From Hyphochytrium catenoides (taxonomy: Eukaryota; Protista; Hyphochytriomycota): 41,655 nucleotides of DNA. Below are positions 14,591 to 25,238 of the stretch, piece after piece (positions within the stretch are counted from its first letter, which is position 1; every line of letters begins with the position of its first letter). The stretch spans positions 1-41,655 of the forward strand of contig FLMG01003751.1 of NCBI GenBank assembly GCA_900088475.1. The letters are read 5' to 3'. The translations under genes and the position numbers were made by a program. The notes under the pieces are model-generated. The model saw only the letters and a program-made list of their open reading frames with translations, ran no database searches and was not told where the DNA came from.

Positions 14591-14740
14591 TTCTCTCGCG
14601 CACACTCTCTAGTTCTCTCTCTTTCTTTCTCACTCTCTCTCTCTCTCTCCCTTGCTCTCTCCCTCTTGCTCTCTCTCCTCTCTCCCTGTTCTCTCCTTTT
14701 TCTCTCTCTGTCTTCCTTTTTTCCTCTCTGTTTCTCTCTG
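14527..14740. repeat. Compound (CT)n/(CA)n microsatellite next to an assembly gap
   Basis: Directly visible CT and CA runs following the N run at 14430-14526. Confidence 0.95.
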
Positions 14741-15341
14741 TGTCATCCTTTCACCGGCCCGCAGCTCCCCTGTCTTGTTCTTGGTGTCCCTGATAAAGAC
14801 GGCTGCTTCTCTTCCTCGAGCGCTTCCGCGTTCTTTCTTGCAAGTCCTCAAGCTCCTTGATGTTCGCAGGTCTTTCTTAGTGACTTCCAGTCAGGACTTG
14901 GACCGCACCTGCAACCTTTTCTGGCAGATTCTGACGGGGAAGAGAGGAACACAAAGAGCGCCACCCATTGCAGGCGAAGAGAGACTGCAGACGAAGAGCT
15001 GCGGCTGATAGGAACGAGGTGCGAGAGAGAGAGAGAGCTGCAGTATCTGTAAGTATACTAGGACGATTGACAATTGCACGCGAGAGGAAGAGAGAAGGGC
15101 ACAAGCGAGGTTGACTAGATCACGCTTTCCCTGGACGCTGACTTCTCTGAACATCTCTTCGCATCATTGCTGGCTAGCGTTGGGCAATAAAGGGCAACGA
15201 AGGATGGCAACCTGCGTGTTCTGGAGGCGGGACTGTTAGTCCTAGGATGTGTAAACTGACTGGCTAAGAGCTCTACTGGCTTCAAAGCATCTTGCGATTG
15301 GGCAGTCGTTTGGACACTTTTCTGTTTGCCCTTTCGAGACC

Positions 15342-18272
15342 ATGGAGGCCTCTCAATCTTCGTCCTCAGGCATTGACATTGGTGCCCCTGGTGGGGTGGA
15401 GAAGCTGATTTACACGATGCGGTGTAAGCTGGACATCCGCGATCGGCATCATAAGAGAAGAACAGTAGAATCGGTATTTATTGGCAGTGAAGCTGTGGGG
15501 TTTCTCATGAAGTGCGGCGCTTCGCGGACGAGAGAGGACGCCGTAAGATTAATGCAACAGCTTGTCAAAAAGGGCTATGTACAATGTATAGAAAAAGAGA
15601 CAGAGTTCAAGGTAGGTACATCTCTAAGTCTCTCTCTCTCTATCTTCCATTCATTTTCTCTCTTCTCTCCTTCTATGTTGCCGACTATCATCGTGTTATT
15701 CTATCATTGGAAACCTCCACTGGTGGCCACTGACACGCCTGTACCTGGTCCTCGTTTAGGATTCCTCCAACCTCTATCGGTTCTACGACGATGAGGATCA
15801 TTCCTTTGACCCGCGGAGCCGCAGACGGCCCAGCAATGGCTGCAAAGTTCAGCTAGACCGCCGCTCACTATCCAACAGCAGCAGGGGCAGTAGGTGGTTC
15901 TTCTCTCCACACACCGCACATAACTCCATCATCATGCCCTTTGAAGTCTCCGAACATCTTCAACGCTGCTGCAACGACTCTTCAGATCCCACGGAACAGA
16001 TGAAGGCGGTAGAGAAGATTCGGAAGGCGATTGTGAAGGAAGTGCATGTGCGAGCGGGCAACTGGGTCCTGACGAAGGAAAATAAGAGCGCGAGCCAAGG
16101 GCGGCAGGTGCAGGTCTATCGGCGAAAGGTGGACGGAAACTTTCAGATCTGCAAGACAGTAGGAAGGATCAATGTGCCTCCAAGAGAGTTCGTGATGGGC
16201 TTCATTGACTTTGAAAGGAGAAAGAACTGGGAGGCTCTCTTTGACACAGGTTACATCGTAGAGTCGATTCCTGGTATCACCCCCATCTTCCCCTTCACTG
16301 ATCCAGCACAGCTGGACCCCAAGGAAGCCAAAGATGTTATAGGCTTTGAGACTAGCGCGAGGATTATTTATAGGACCACCAGGACGCCTTCTGGCCTCTT
16401 CGCCCCCAGGGATGTCTGCAGCTTCCAAGACTGCTTCATGACTCAGGATGGTACCTACGTGGTCTACGAGATCTCTGTTATCCATAAAGATGTACCCACA
16501 AGCTGCAAGGGATATGTTCGAGGGGAAGTCTTCGCTCTCGTTCACTGTGCACAACCCTTAGCTGATGACCCCAGTTCCTCTAAGCTGATCCTTATTACCC
16601 AGTTTGATTCCAAGGGCAAACTGCCAGCCTGGCTGGCAGATATGGTCATCGACTCTCTCCAGCTACGGAACTTTGAAGAGCTCAAGGCTCTTCGCATCCC
16701 TGAGGAGCTGAAGGACGTTCCTTTGGATAAGGCACTGACAGATGACACGACAACGGGAGTCGGTATCGCAGACTTTGAGCTCTTGACGGTGCTAGGGCGC
16801 GGTGGCTTTGGTAAGGTCCTCCAGGTCCGCCACAGGAAGACAGGGGAGATCTATGCCATGAAGGTGCTTACCAAGTCCGAGCTTGTGGCGAAGCAGCAGG
16901 TGGAGAGGACGCAGGTGGAACGAAGTATTCTTGCCGCGGTGCATCACCCCTTCATAGTACAGCTTGCATATGCTTTCCAGTCCGAGCTGAAGCTCTACAT
17001 GGTGATGGAGTTCGCCCAAGGTGGAGACTTCTTCTCACTAATCAGAGTGCAGGGCCGCATACCAGAGGACAGAGCAAAGATCTACATCGCTGAAATTGCT
17101 CTCGCCCTTGACCATCTGCACTCTCTGGACGTTGTTTACAGAGATCTGAAGCCTGAGAATGTCCTTCTAGCCGCTGATGGCCACGTAAAGCTCACAGATT
17201 TTGGTCTTTCCCATCTTTTCGAGCCCACCTCTGAGGCACCGAACCCAAATATGTCTGATCCTGGCCCAGCCAGCCAAGTTACCTACTCTTTCTGTGGAAC
17301 CGAGCGGTACATGGCCCCTGAGATGCTGCTGCAGTTGGGACACGGGAAGGGCGTAGACTGGTGGTGTCTAGGTGTACTGGCCTGCGAGATAATGACGACA
17401 AGACATCCCTTTGACGCGTCCAACCACTTCCAAACTCTTAGGAACATTGTCTCTCAAGAGCCGAATATTCAAGGCACGCTGAGTGAAAAGGCTGTCTCAC
17501 TCATCCACTGTTTATTGAGGAGGACCGTCAATGATCGTCTCTGTTGCAGCAAGGGCTTGGTGGAGCTGAAGGCGCATCCGTTCTTTGAAGGACTAAGCTT
17601 TGACGAGGTAACCCTGGTGCCCTTCCCCTTGGCACTTTTCCCCTTTCTTGCGGTCCTTGATCAGTGTGCCACCTCTTCAGCTCCCTCTTTCCCATCGGCG
17701 CTCTTCCCTAACGATAAAATTTCTCAAAGACCTCTATCCTCAGTGGCTGTCTCTCCTCTACTTACTGAGTAAATAGCTGTCTTAGCGAGTCTCGGGGCTA
17801 GTACACGAGCGTTGTTTCCTGTTTCTCACATTCCTAGTCCTGCCCTCAGGCTTCTCTGATTTTCCTCGATTTGGGCTCTCTTCCTCTGTTTGGTGGCTCT
17901 AACGCTCACTTTTTGATCATTCCAAAGGTCCTGGCCAAGAAGATTCAGATGGACTACGTACCGAAGGTCAAGAACTCTATGGATGTCAGCAACTTTGAAG
18001 AGGTCTTCACCCGACAGGATATAGAGGAAAGCATTGCAGAGAGAAAGCCACCCTCTGCAGGCAGCTCGCAGAGCAGCCTGGACGACGGGAATGAGCGGAG
18101 GATGTTCAATTTCTTCACTGGCTGGATAGGCAGCGGCTCACAACGAGGCAGCAGCCTGACCGGCGTGGATTCGGATGGGCATGGCCAGCAAGCTTCTGAC
18201 ACTCAGAATCCGCGCCTTGTCAACTTCTCATACATGGCCCCGTTCCCGTCGAAGAAGCTGGTAGAGGAGTAA
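15342..18272 (+). CDS. AGC-family Ser/Thr kinase with N-terminal DEP and START domains, 3 exons (15342-15611, 15760-17607, 17928-18272), about 820 aa
   Basis: DEP: IRDRHHKRRTVESVFIGSEAVGFL..TREDAVRLMQQLVKKGYV..FKDSSNLYRF. START: FERRKNWEALFD, APRDVC, HKDVP..GYVRGE, DSKGKLPAWL. Kinase: LGRGGFGKV, YAMKVL, YRDLKPEN, DFG, SFCGTERYMAPE. AGC tail: YVPKV..DVSNFEEVFT..NFSY. The exon lengths sum to a multiple of 3. Confidence 0.92.
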
Positions 18273-18721
18273 GTGAAAGAAACAGGAGGATCTAGTAGGA
18301 GAAGAGACATACTAGCTTGTCAGTCAGGTCCTCCTAGTTGTTGTCTGGGGGAGAAAGGAATGGACACACACAGAGTGTGTTAGCGTCGTCTACGCAGTCT
18401 GCAGCCTTGTCCTCACGTTCGAGAGGGACAGCAATAGGCTGCACGTTGTCGAATCAGTACATAAAGCAATCACTGAGTATCTCTCGTCCTCCGCTTCGTC
18501 TCCTGGGCTCCTCCTCCGTCATTAGTCTGGCCGGTGGCTGGCTCACGCTTTCTCCCATCTGCTGTCCTCTCTAGTATCTCTCCCTTCTCTCTGTCTCTCT
18601 CTCTCGTGCACTGTCTCTCCTCCATCATCAGCAAACTTCAAGATTGAGAGCCGCTAACGACTGATGTCCCGAGCTTCAAGATCTAATGAAAAGTGTCATC
18701 TGAGAGAAGTTCAGAACTTTT

Positions 18722-18840
18722 CACTCTCTCTCTCTCTGTCTCTCTCTCTCTCTCTCTCTNNNNNNNNNNNNNNNNNNNNNNNNNNNNNNNNNTCTCTCTC
18801 TCTCTCTCTCTCTCTCACTCTCTCTCTCCTCTCTCACACA
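18722..18840. repeat. (CT)n microsatellite spanning N gap 18760-18792
   Basis: Directly visible. Confidence 0.95.
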
Positions 18841-19080
18841 CATCCCGAACGCCCACTCTCTCTCTCCTGTGTCATCCATACCACGCCTATTAGTGTTTCG
18901 TTTTCGCTCTCGCACCCGCGTCGTCTCTGTTCACTGCCTTTCGCAATCGCCTTCTACACTCGTTCTCTTCTTCCTCCTTTTCAAGCTCTTTCCATCATCT
19001 CTCTGTCGTCAAGATCATCTGCCAGCCCTCGGACTTGGGCTTCTCTACAACTTGCCACACAGGCAGAAGAGGCGCAAAGC

Positions 19081-19581
19081 ATGGAACCCTCATACCGGTA
19101 CTTCGTGGCGATAGGCAAGGTCCAGAACGTGATGTTCCGGCAAACTCTTATTAGGTCTGAGGCCCTTGTACTCATACTTTCCTTGCTCTTATGTTTACTC
19201 TCGCATGAACTCTGCGCTTACTCTCGTTCTCGCTCGCCAGAGCCATGATCAAGCGAAACCTGGAGGGCGGAGCGACGAACACGAGGCACAAGAAAGACGA
19301 AGTCACCTTCACTATGCGAGGGCCCGCAGAGAAGATTGATGAGATCGTGGGCTTCCTGTCCAGCGGCAAGGAAATTAATAGCTGGGGAGCTCGAGCGACG
19401 AAGGTCTCGGAAGTGGAGTCGGGCCTCAGCCCTGAAGAGCATCAGGTAAAATAAGAGGGGCCCTAGCAATCTCACAGCGCTAAGACATGAGCTGCTTGTT
19501 CCTCTTCTGTGTCCGGCGCAGGTGTCCACGAAGAACGTAGACACATTTAGCTGGAGGAAGGACGTCGAGATGTACCTCTAG
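19081..19581 (+). CDS. Acylphosphatase-like protein, 3 exons
   Basis: MEPSYRYFVAIGKVQNVMFRQTLIR|AMIKRNLEGGATN..EVTFTMRG..|VSTKNVDTFSWRKDVEMYL*. It carries the GxVQxVxFR motif and the downstream Asn of acylphosphatases. Confidence 0.8.
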
Positions 19582-21138
19582 CCTTAGTGAACAGCCCTCG
19601 GAAGTGGCCTGTTGACTATCTTGAAGGGGTAGAGTAGGTCAACAAAGAAGAAATGTGCCCCAGGCTAGACTGGCAGAGAGGAAGGGCGGAGAGACAGAGA
19701 GAGAGAATGAGAGAGAGAAGAAGAGAAGGAGGGAAGAGATGAAGAAGAGTATCAGAGATGTGAAGGCGAATGCATGCAACGTATATCTAGGTCTATTTAT
19801 TAGCGCCTTTCAGCTTGAAGAATAGTAATGGGTGAAGCATAACCACCCAAGGATCTCTGGAAGCAGTCATCTTCCTTGTGCCTCTGCTCTCATTTCTTTT
19901 TGAGAGGAAGCGCAGGGCGCTCATTAAAAGCTTAGAGGATTCATCGGGAGCACATGCTTTTAATGGGCCCCACGTCTAGTCCTTCCTTCCTGGCGGCATG
20001 ATGCCTCGTGAATGATATAACTTTTGCTACCATGAGAGCTAGAGCTCGCTTTTCTTTGCCCTCTCCTCCTCTCTTCTCCCTCTCTGTAGGTTTCTGTCTG
20101 TTGCCTTGGCTCCTGGACGCAGCTCATCTTCCCCGAGCACCCGTTGCCCTTGAGAGCTTGAGAGTGAACAATAAATGACAAGTGCTCGGCGGCGGAGAGT
20201 GGCCGCGCCGCCGTGTCCAAGGAGAAAGCCGATGATGGAAAGAAAGAGAGGCCACTTCCGCTTCATTCTTAACAGAGAAAATGCCTGCGCTCTGTCTCCC
20301 ATCAAAACATCAGCGGGTAAAGAGGGCCAGAGAAACCAATGGAACTTATAATTCCCCCGATTCTTGGTTGTTCCTACCACGGACTATAGCAATTTCTCTC
20401 ACTACCTACAGGTCTGTACAGCTGATACTACAACAACGACGAGTCCTCTTACACAGACAAGTGAGAAAGGACAGAAAGAGTAACGGCCCGCACTTGACAG
20501 CAACGTTATCTGTTTGTCTCTAACCGCCTCATTGGCCTACATTATCTATGGACATAGCCTCACGGCTTGGCTGCTCTCCAATGTCTGTCAACCCTGCGGC
20601 AGGCCCAGAGGCCGGAGGAGGGCGCTAGCGGAGATGGCAGGCGGATGGAGATGAGACCAAATGGAGAGAGAACGAGAGAGAGTGAGGAGGAGAGAGAGAG
20701 AAAAGAGGGAGGAGAGAGAAGAGAAGAGAGAGAGTGAGGAGGATGATTGAAGGAGAGGGTGAACAGAACGGCGACAGGGAAAGAGCAAGAGAGGTAAAAT
20801 ATAAGGAAGAGAGAAGAAGAAGAGCAAGAGAGGAGAGAGTAACGGGGAGAGGCAATGAAAGAAAGGAACAGAGAATTCTCGTGGCGACATAAAGAGCTGG
20901 GCGAGTGATGAAGACAAAGGCGGCTGTTTCGTAGGTTAAAACGCTATGATCAATAGGCTCGCAAGGCTAGTCTGTAAATCCTCCTAGTCTTCCTCTCGCA
21001 TGCGATCCTTTCCCTGTTGTCTTCAATCTAAACCAGTCAATTTCCTGGCCAGCAGGAAGGTTTTGGCAGAGCAACAGTCATTTCTCTCGATGGCCTAGTG
21101 CCAAGAACTCTAGAGTGAGTAAGCCAGACGAAAGTCAG

Positions 21139-21560
21139 ATGACAAGCGTGGAGAGCAATCTGCCGACACTGGGCGGACCAGTCGGCAGCCAGGCTTCGGA
21201 AGCAAGGAGTGATGCTCGAGGCACAGTCCAGGATGCCCCTGTCCCTGCTGCGGGCAGTCTTCCTCCCTCATCTGTTGCCTCGAACAACGTGCAGCCATCA
21301 GATGAGTCCGCTGTCGCTACAGAGGAAGTGCTGGCGGGGTTGGAGTTTAGGGCGCTGCCCGCCAGATTCGTGGTGCCTGTCCGCCAAGCCTCTCTCTCGG
21401 TAGTTAACCTTCTGCTGACGATAACGCTCTCTTGATCATCTCTCCCGCTTCATCTTCTAGGAAGGTCACTCGATGCGTGTCTTACCCACTCCTGCCTCTC
21501 TGTCTTTCCACTAAACCTTCTTCTCTCTCCTCTCTCTGTCTCTCTCTGTCTCTCTTTCTT

Positions 21561-21593
<33 letters not shown>

Positions 21594-23716
21594 TTCTGGC
21601 CCTGCCCTCCTTCCAGAGTGTGGCATCAAACATCGCGCTAGGAACAGCCGAGCAGGTGCGGCTCTACGTGGACGAATACTGGGCTATCCGCTTTCTTCTT
21701 GGATGGTACTCCTTGCAGGTAAGCCCGAAATAGAGGAGAAGGGGCCGGGAGACGGAAGGTGGTTGAGAGATGCCTATCATTTTAGACAGAGCAGAAGGAG
21801 AAGCACAAAGTGAGAGTGAAGAATCAAGAGACGAATAGAGGAAGAGAGAATGGGAACAGGTGGAGCAAGATAGCTGCGAGGTTGACTCCAATTAGACAAA
21901 CTCTTCTCTGTCTTTACGTCTGGGAGGAGAGAAGAGCAAGCGATATGCTTGTCCGTGTCTGGGTGGGGAAAGGGGATATACCTTGCGTGCTGTGCCTGTA
22001 AAGAGAACTGAGAGAGAGAGAGAAGAGAGAGAGAAAGAAAGAAAGAGAGACCAAGACGGAGCGAGAGAGACAGAGAGAGACAGAGAGGGAGAGGAGAAAG
22101 AGAGAGAGACAGAGAGAGACTGAGAGAGACAGATAGAGAGACATTGAGAGAGAGAGAAAGAGAGCGAGAGAACGAGGAGAAGTTTATGCCAAAGGAGCTA
22201 ACCCGAACTCTTCTTATCGTTCTTGCCACTAGCTGCTGGCCAAGACCTTAATCGGTTTGATAAGAGGGGAGTACACTGCGAACCTTCATGGTGAGCCTAC
22301 TTCTTCCCCCTCCACAGGCTGCTCCGCTCTGTATAGCACCTGGTGTGGGACCTCCTTGCAGGTCTCATGGTCAGTTCTTGCCTGTCTAGCTCTCTGCTTT
22401 AGGAGAGAGGAGGTAAGGGGCCAAGGTATCTGTGTCTGTCCGTGATCTATTCTCCCGGCCTTCTTTTTTCTTTCTCGCACGCATCTTTCTATTCCTTTCC
22501 CTTATTCTTCTCTTTGGCCCACGCTTATTCCTTGTCTCCGTGGCTGATCCCCACTTTCTGTTCCTCTTGGAAGTCACGGGAGAGCCAGGTTCGCTTGGTC
22601 CTCAGATATATGTTGGCGCTTCATAGAATTGTGGAGATTGGGTGGTTCATTGTAAGAAGCTCGCCCCTTTCTGTCTAGTTCTTCTCTCTCCTCTCTCTCT
22701 GCAAATTCCTCCTCTCTTTTCTCTTCTTGTTCCCTCTTTGCTGACCTGTTCCTCACTCCCCTCTGCAATCCCGCCATTCTTCTTATAAAGTATCATCTCT
22801 CTGTATGGATTCACTCTACTTTCTTGTCCTTCTTTGTCTCTAACTAAATTTCACGCAGTGGGGGAACATTGTAGCCTTTTACTACGGAGCTCCTTGCAGA
22901 GACACCAACGCGATCGAGTACTACTTCTCTCTCGTCATCCTCAGTCTTCTCTACTTGCGGATCTTAGTGATGGCCTCAGAGAAAGCAACAGCCGCTCTGC
23001 TTTACCCGCTCACCCTGGCGGCCGCACCTCATGTTGTCAGGACCTTTAGCGCCGTCGTCAGACAACCCTCAACCTCTGAGAGGCCAGAAGGGGCTCAAGG
23101 GGCCATCCTCGCCTTGCCTGTATACCAGTTCGAAGGCGATAAGACTCTACTGCCTGATGTGAGTTCTTTGGCCGTTCACTCGTCGTCTGGCTTTCTCTTA
23201 AGCTCTTTTTATTCACGTGTACCACGCGCTTGGCTATGTATCCACATACCTCGCCTCATACTCAGGGTGAGGATGCTTATCTCAACGGTGCTCAATAACT
23301 GCCTCGTCTTCAGCTTACATCGGTATTTATTGCTTGGTCCGACTGACAGCGTCCCACGCTCCACCCTTGATCTCTTGTCGCAGAACGACCCTTCTTGTCC
23401 TGTCTGCCTAGCGGCTTATGAACCAGGAAGCGCGATTAGGATCTTGCCATGCCGTCATCACTTCTGTCTCCAATGCATCGACCACTGGCTCGTCCTTAAA
23501 CCCTCGTGTCCTGTGTGCCGTAGCTCGTTGACTGGAGAGCCCGAGCGACAAGAGCCTCAAAGTCCAGGACAAAGCAGATCTCAACCACCACCGTCAGGGG
23601 AGACAATAGCTGGACGAGAGACTGTTATTCCTGCTGGAGGTAGTGCTACTGCACCAGTGATAGCCGAAGGCGGTGGATCTCAGAATGCTCAGGCAGTGAT
23701 GCCCCTGCCGGAGTGA
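21139..23716 (+). CDS. Multi-pass transmembrane RING-type E3 ubiquitin ligase, about 7 exons
   Basis: Exons give hydrophobic segments (YWAIRFLLGWYSLQ; IVEIGWFIWGNIVAFYYGAPC..YYFSLVILSLLYL), then AILALPVYQF and the RING CPVCLAAYEPGSAIRILPCRHHFCLQCIDHWLVLKPSCPVCR. The start codon and 5' exons are less certain. Confidence 0.8.
22010..22170. repeat. Intronic (GA)n-rich microsatellite
   Basis: Directly visible inside an intron of the RING gene. Confidence 0.9.
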
Positions 23717-24334
23717 TAGAAGAGACTGAAGCATAAATTACTTTTTATACTATGGCCAGTTTTCGCTAGCGTAAGGTTCACTTGGAGGAACAGAGCGGAT
23801 CCAAAGCTTTACGATGAGCTTATTACTGATGCCAATCGAGCCGCGAATCTTAAACTTCTGTCTACTTGGCCCACTTGCGGCCTTCTTTCGACTACCTCTT
23901 TCCTATGCTCTCATCCTTCTCTTTCTTTGTCTGTCGTCTCTCTGTCTGGCTTCTCTCTCTCTCTTTCCTCTCTCTCTCTTTTCTGCATTCTGCGCTCCAC
24001 ACCGTACAGCTACCGTGTCGATATCGCAATACAGAAGCAGTCGGTCAATCAGCCACTGCCCGAGGCGCTGAAGATGCAAAGGCGCTCCTTGTTCGCTTCC
24101 CGGCACTGCGGTACGGTACGCACAGGAAGCATGAAGGGAAAGCATGAGAGTAAAATGTATACATATGTAAGGTCCTAGCAAGGCGAGAGGGGAGCTGGGG
24201 AACTGCCAGAATGATGATATTGATCGTTAGCGCGCCGCCCCAAGCCACTCAATGAGCTCAGTCACTCCATGGCTCCAGGAGAAGGTCTAGGCTACTCTAA
24301 TTGTACTTCTACAATCCCTTACACATAGATTCTA

Positions 24335-24353
24335 TAGAGAGAGGGAGAGAGAA

Positions 24354-24385
<32 letters not shown>

Positions 24386-24505
24386 GCAAAGAGAAAGAGA
24401 GAGAGAGAAAGAAAGAGAGAAAGAGACAGAGAGAGAGAGAGAGAAAAGGAGAGAGTGAAAGAGAGAGAGAGAGAGAGAAAGAGGGAGAGAGAAGGGGAGA
24501 GAGAT
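24335..24505. repeat. (GA)n-rich polypurine tract
   Basis: Directly visible. Confidence 0.95.
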
Positions 24506-25238
24506 TGGAAGGAAAAAAAAAAACTGTTCAGAACCCCTGACCTTTCGGTCTGCGGCTCTAAACCTCAGTGTGTCGTATGGACCCTAAAGGGTATCCCGTC
24601 CTTGTCGAGGGAGATGCTAACTGTCTCTCGGCTCAACGAACACAAGCAGCCATTCCCTCTTCCCTAGATTATATATGGGGAACCTGAGACCAAGATCAAG
24701 TCACGGATGGTGTCAAGACTTTTCTCTCGAATTGGGTCTCTGTTTGTAAGTACCAGTTAATAGGCGCAGTTTCTTTTCTGAACCTGGGTTTGTGACATTG
24801 GATGGGCGTCGTAGTAAATATATGTAAAGTGGGATGGCTTTGGATACCCGGGTTACCCGATAAGTGAAGAGCTTCTGAAGAGCGTTGCTGCTGATCTGCG
24901 GCGCCAGAGCTTTGAGAGAGTTCTGCAGCCGCCAGACGGCGCCGCCCAGGGCGCAGATCTTCATCAGCAAGGAGCTCGTCCTTGGAGCACTACGAGGCTG
25001 CACATTGCACTAGAGGAGTGCAGGGATTAGGGCGCCTCTGATTGCAGGCGACACCGAGAGAGACCATCCTCAGCGGCCTCGGCGGTACCGGGGTATAAAC
25101 GGCCCCTTGGGAGTTAACGCTGGGCATAATCACTCTGTAAGGCTGAAAAGTGAATGGCATTGGGCCACCATAATTTCAGAATCGTAATTAAGACCCCTAG
25201 AGGAGCGAGCGTACCGTGGCCACCGCTTGCCGTTCGCG

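Noticed and set aside
14265-15154. ORFs rich in SL/RE/TH repeats (also near 18.7, 20.6, 21.8, 24.3, 40.2 and 41.4 kb)
   Set aside because: Translation artefacts of CT/GA microsatellites and N gaps.
19600-21100. Short ORFs between the acylphosphatase and RING genes
   Set aside because: All frames close quickly and no domain was recognised.
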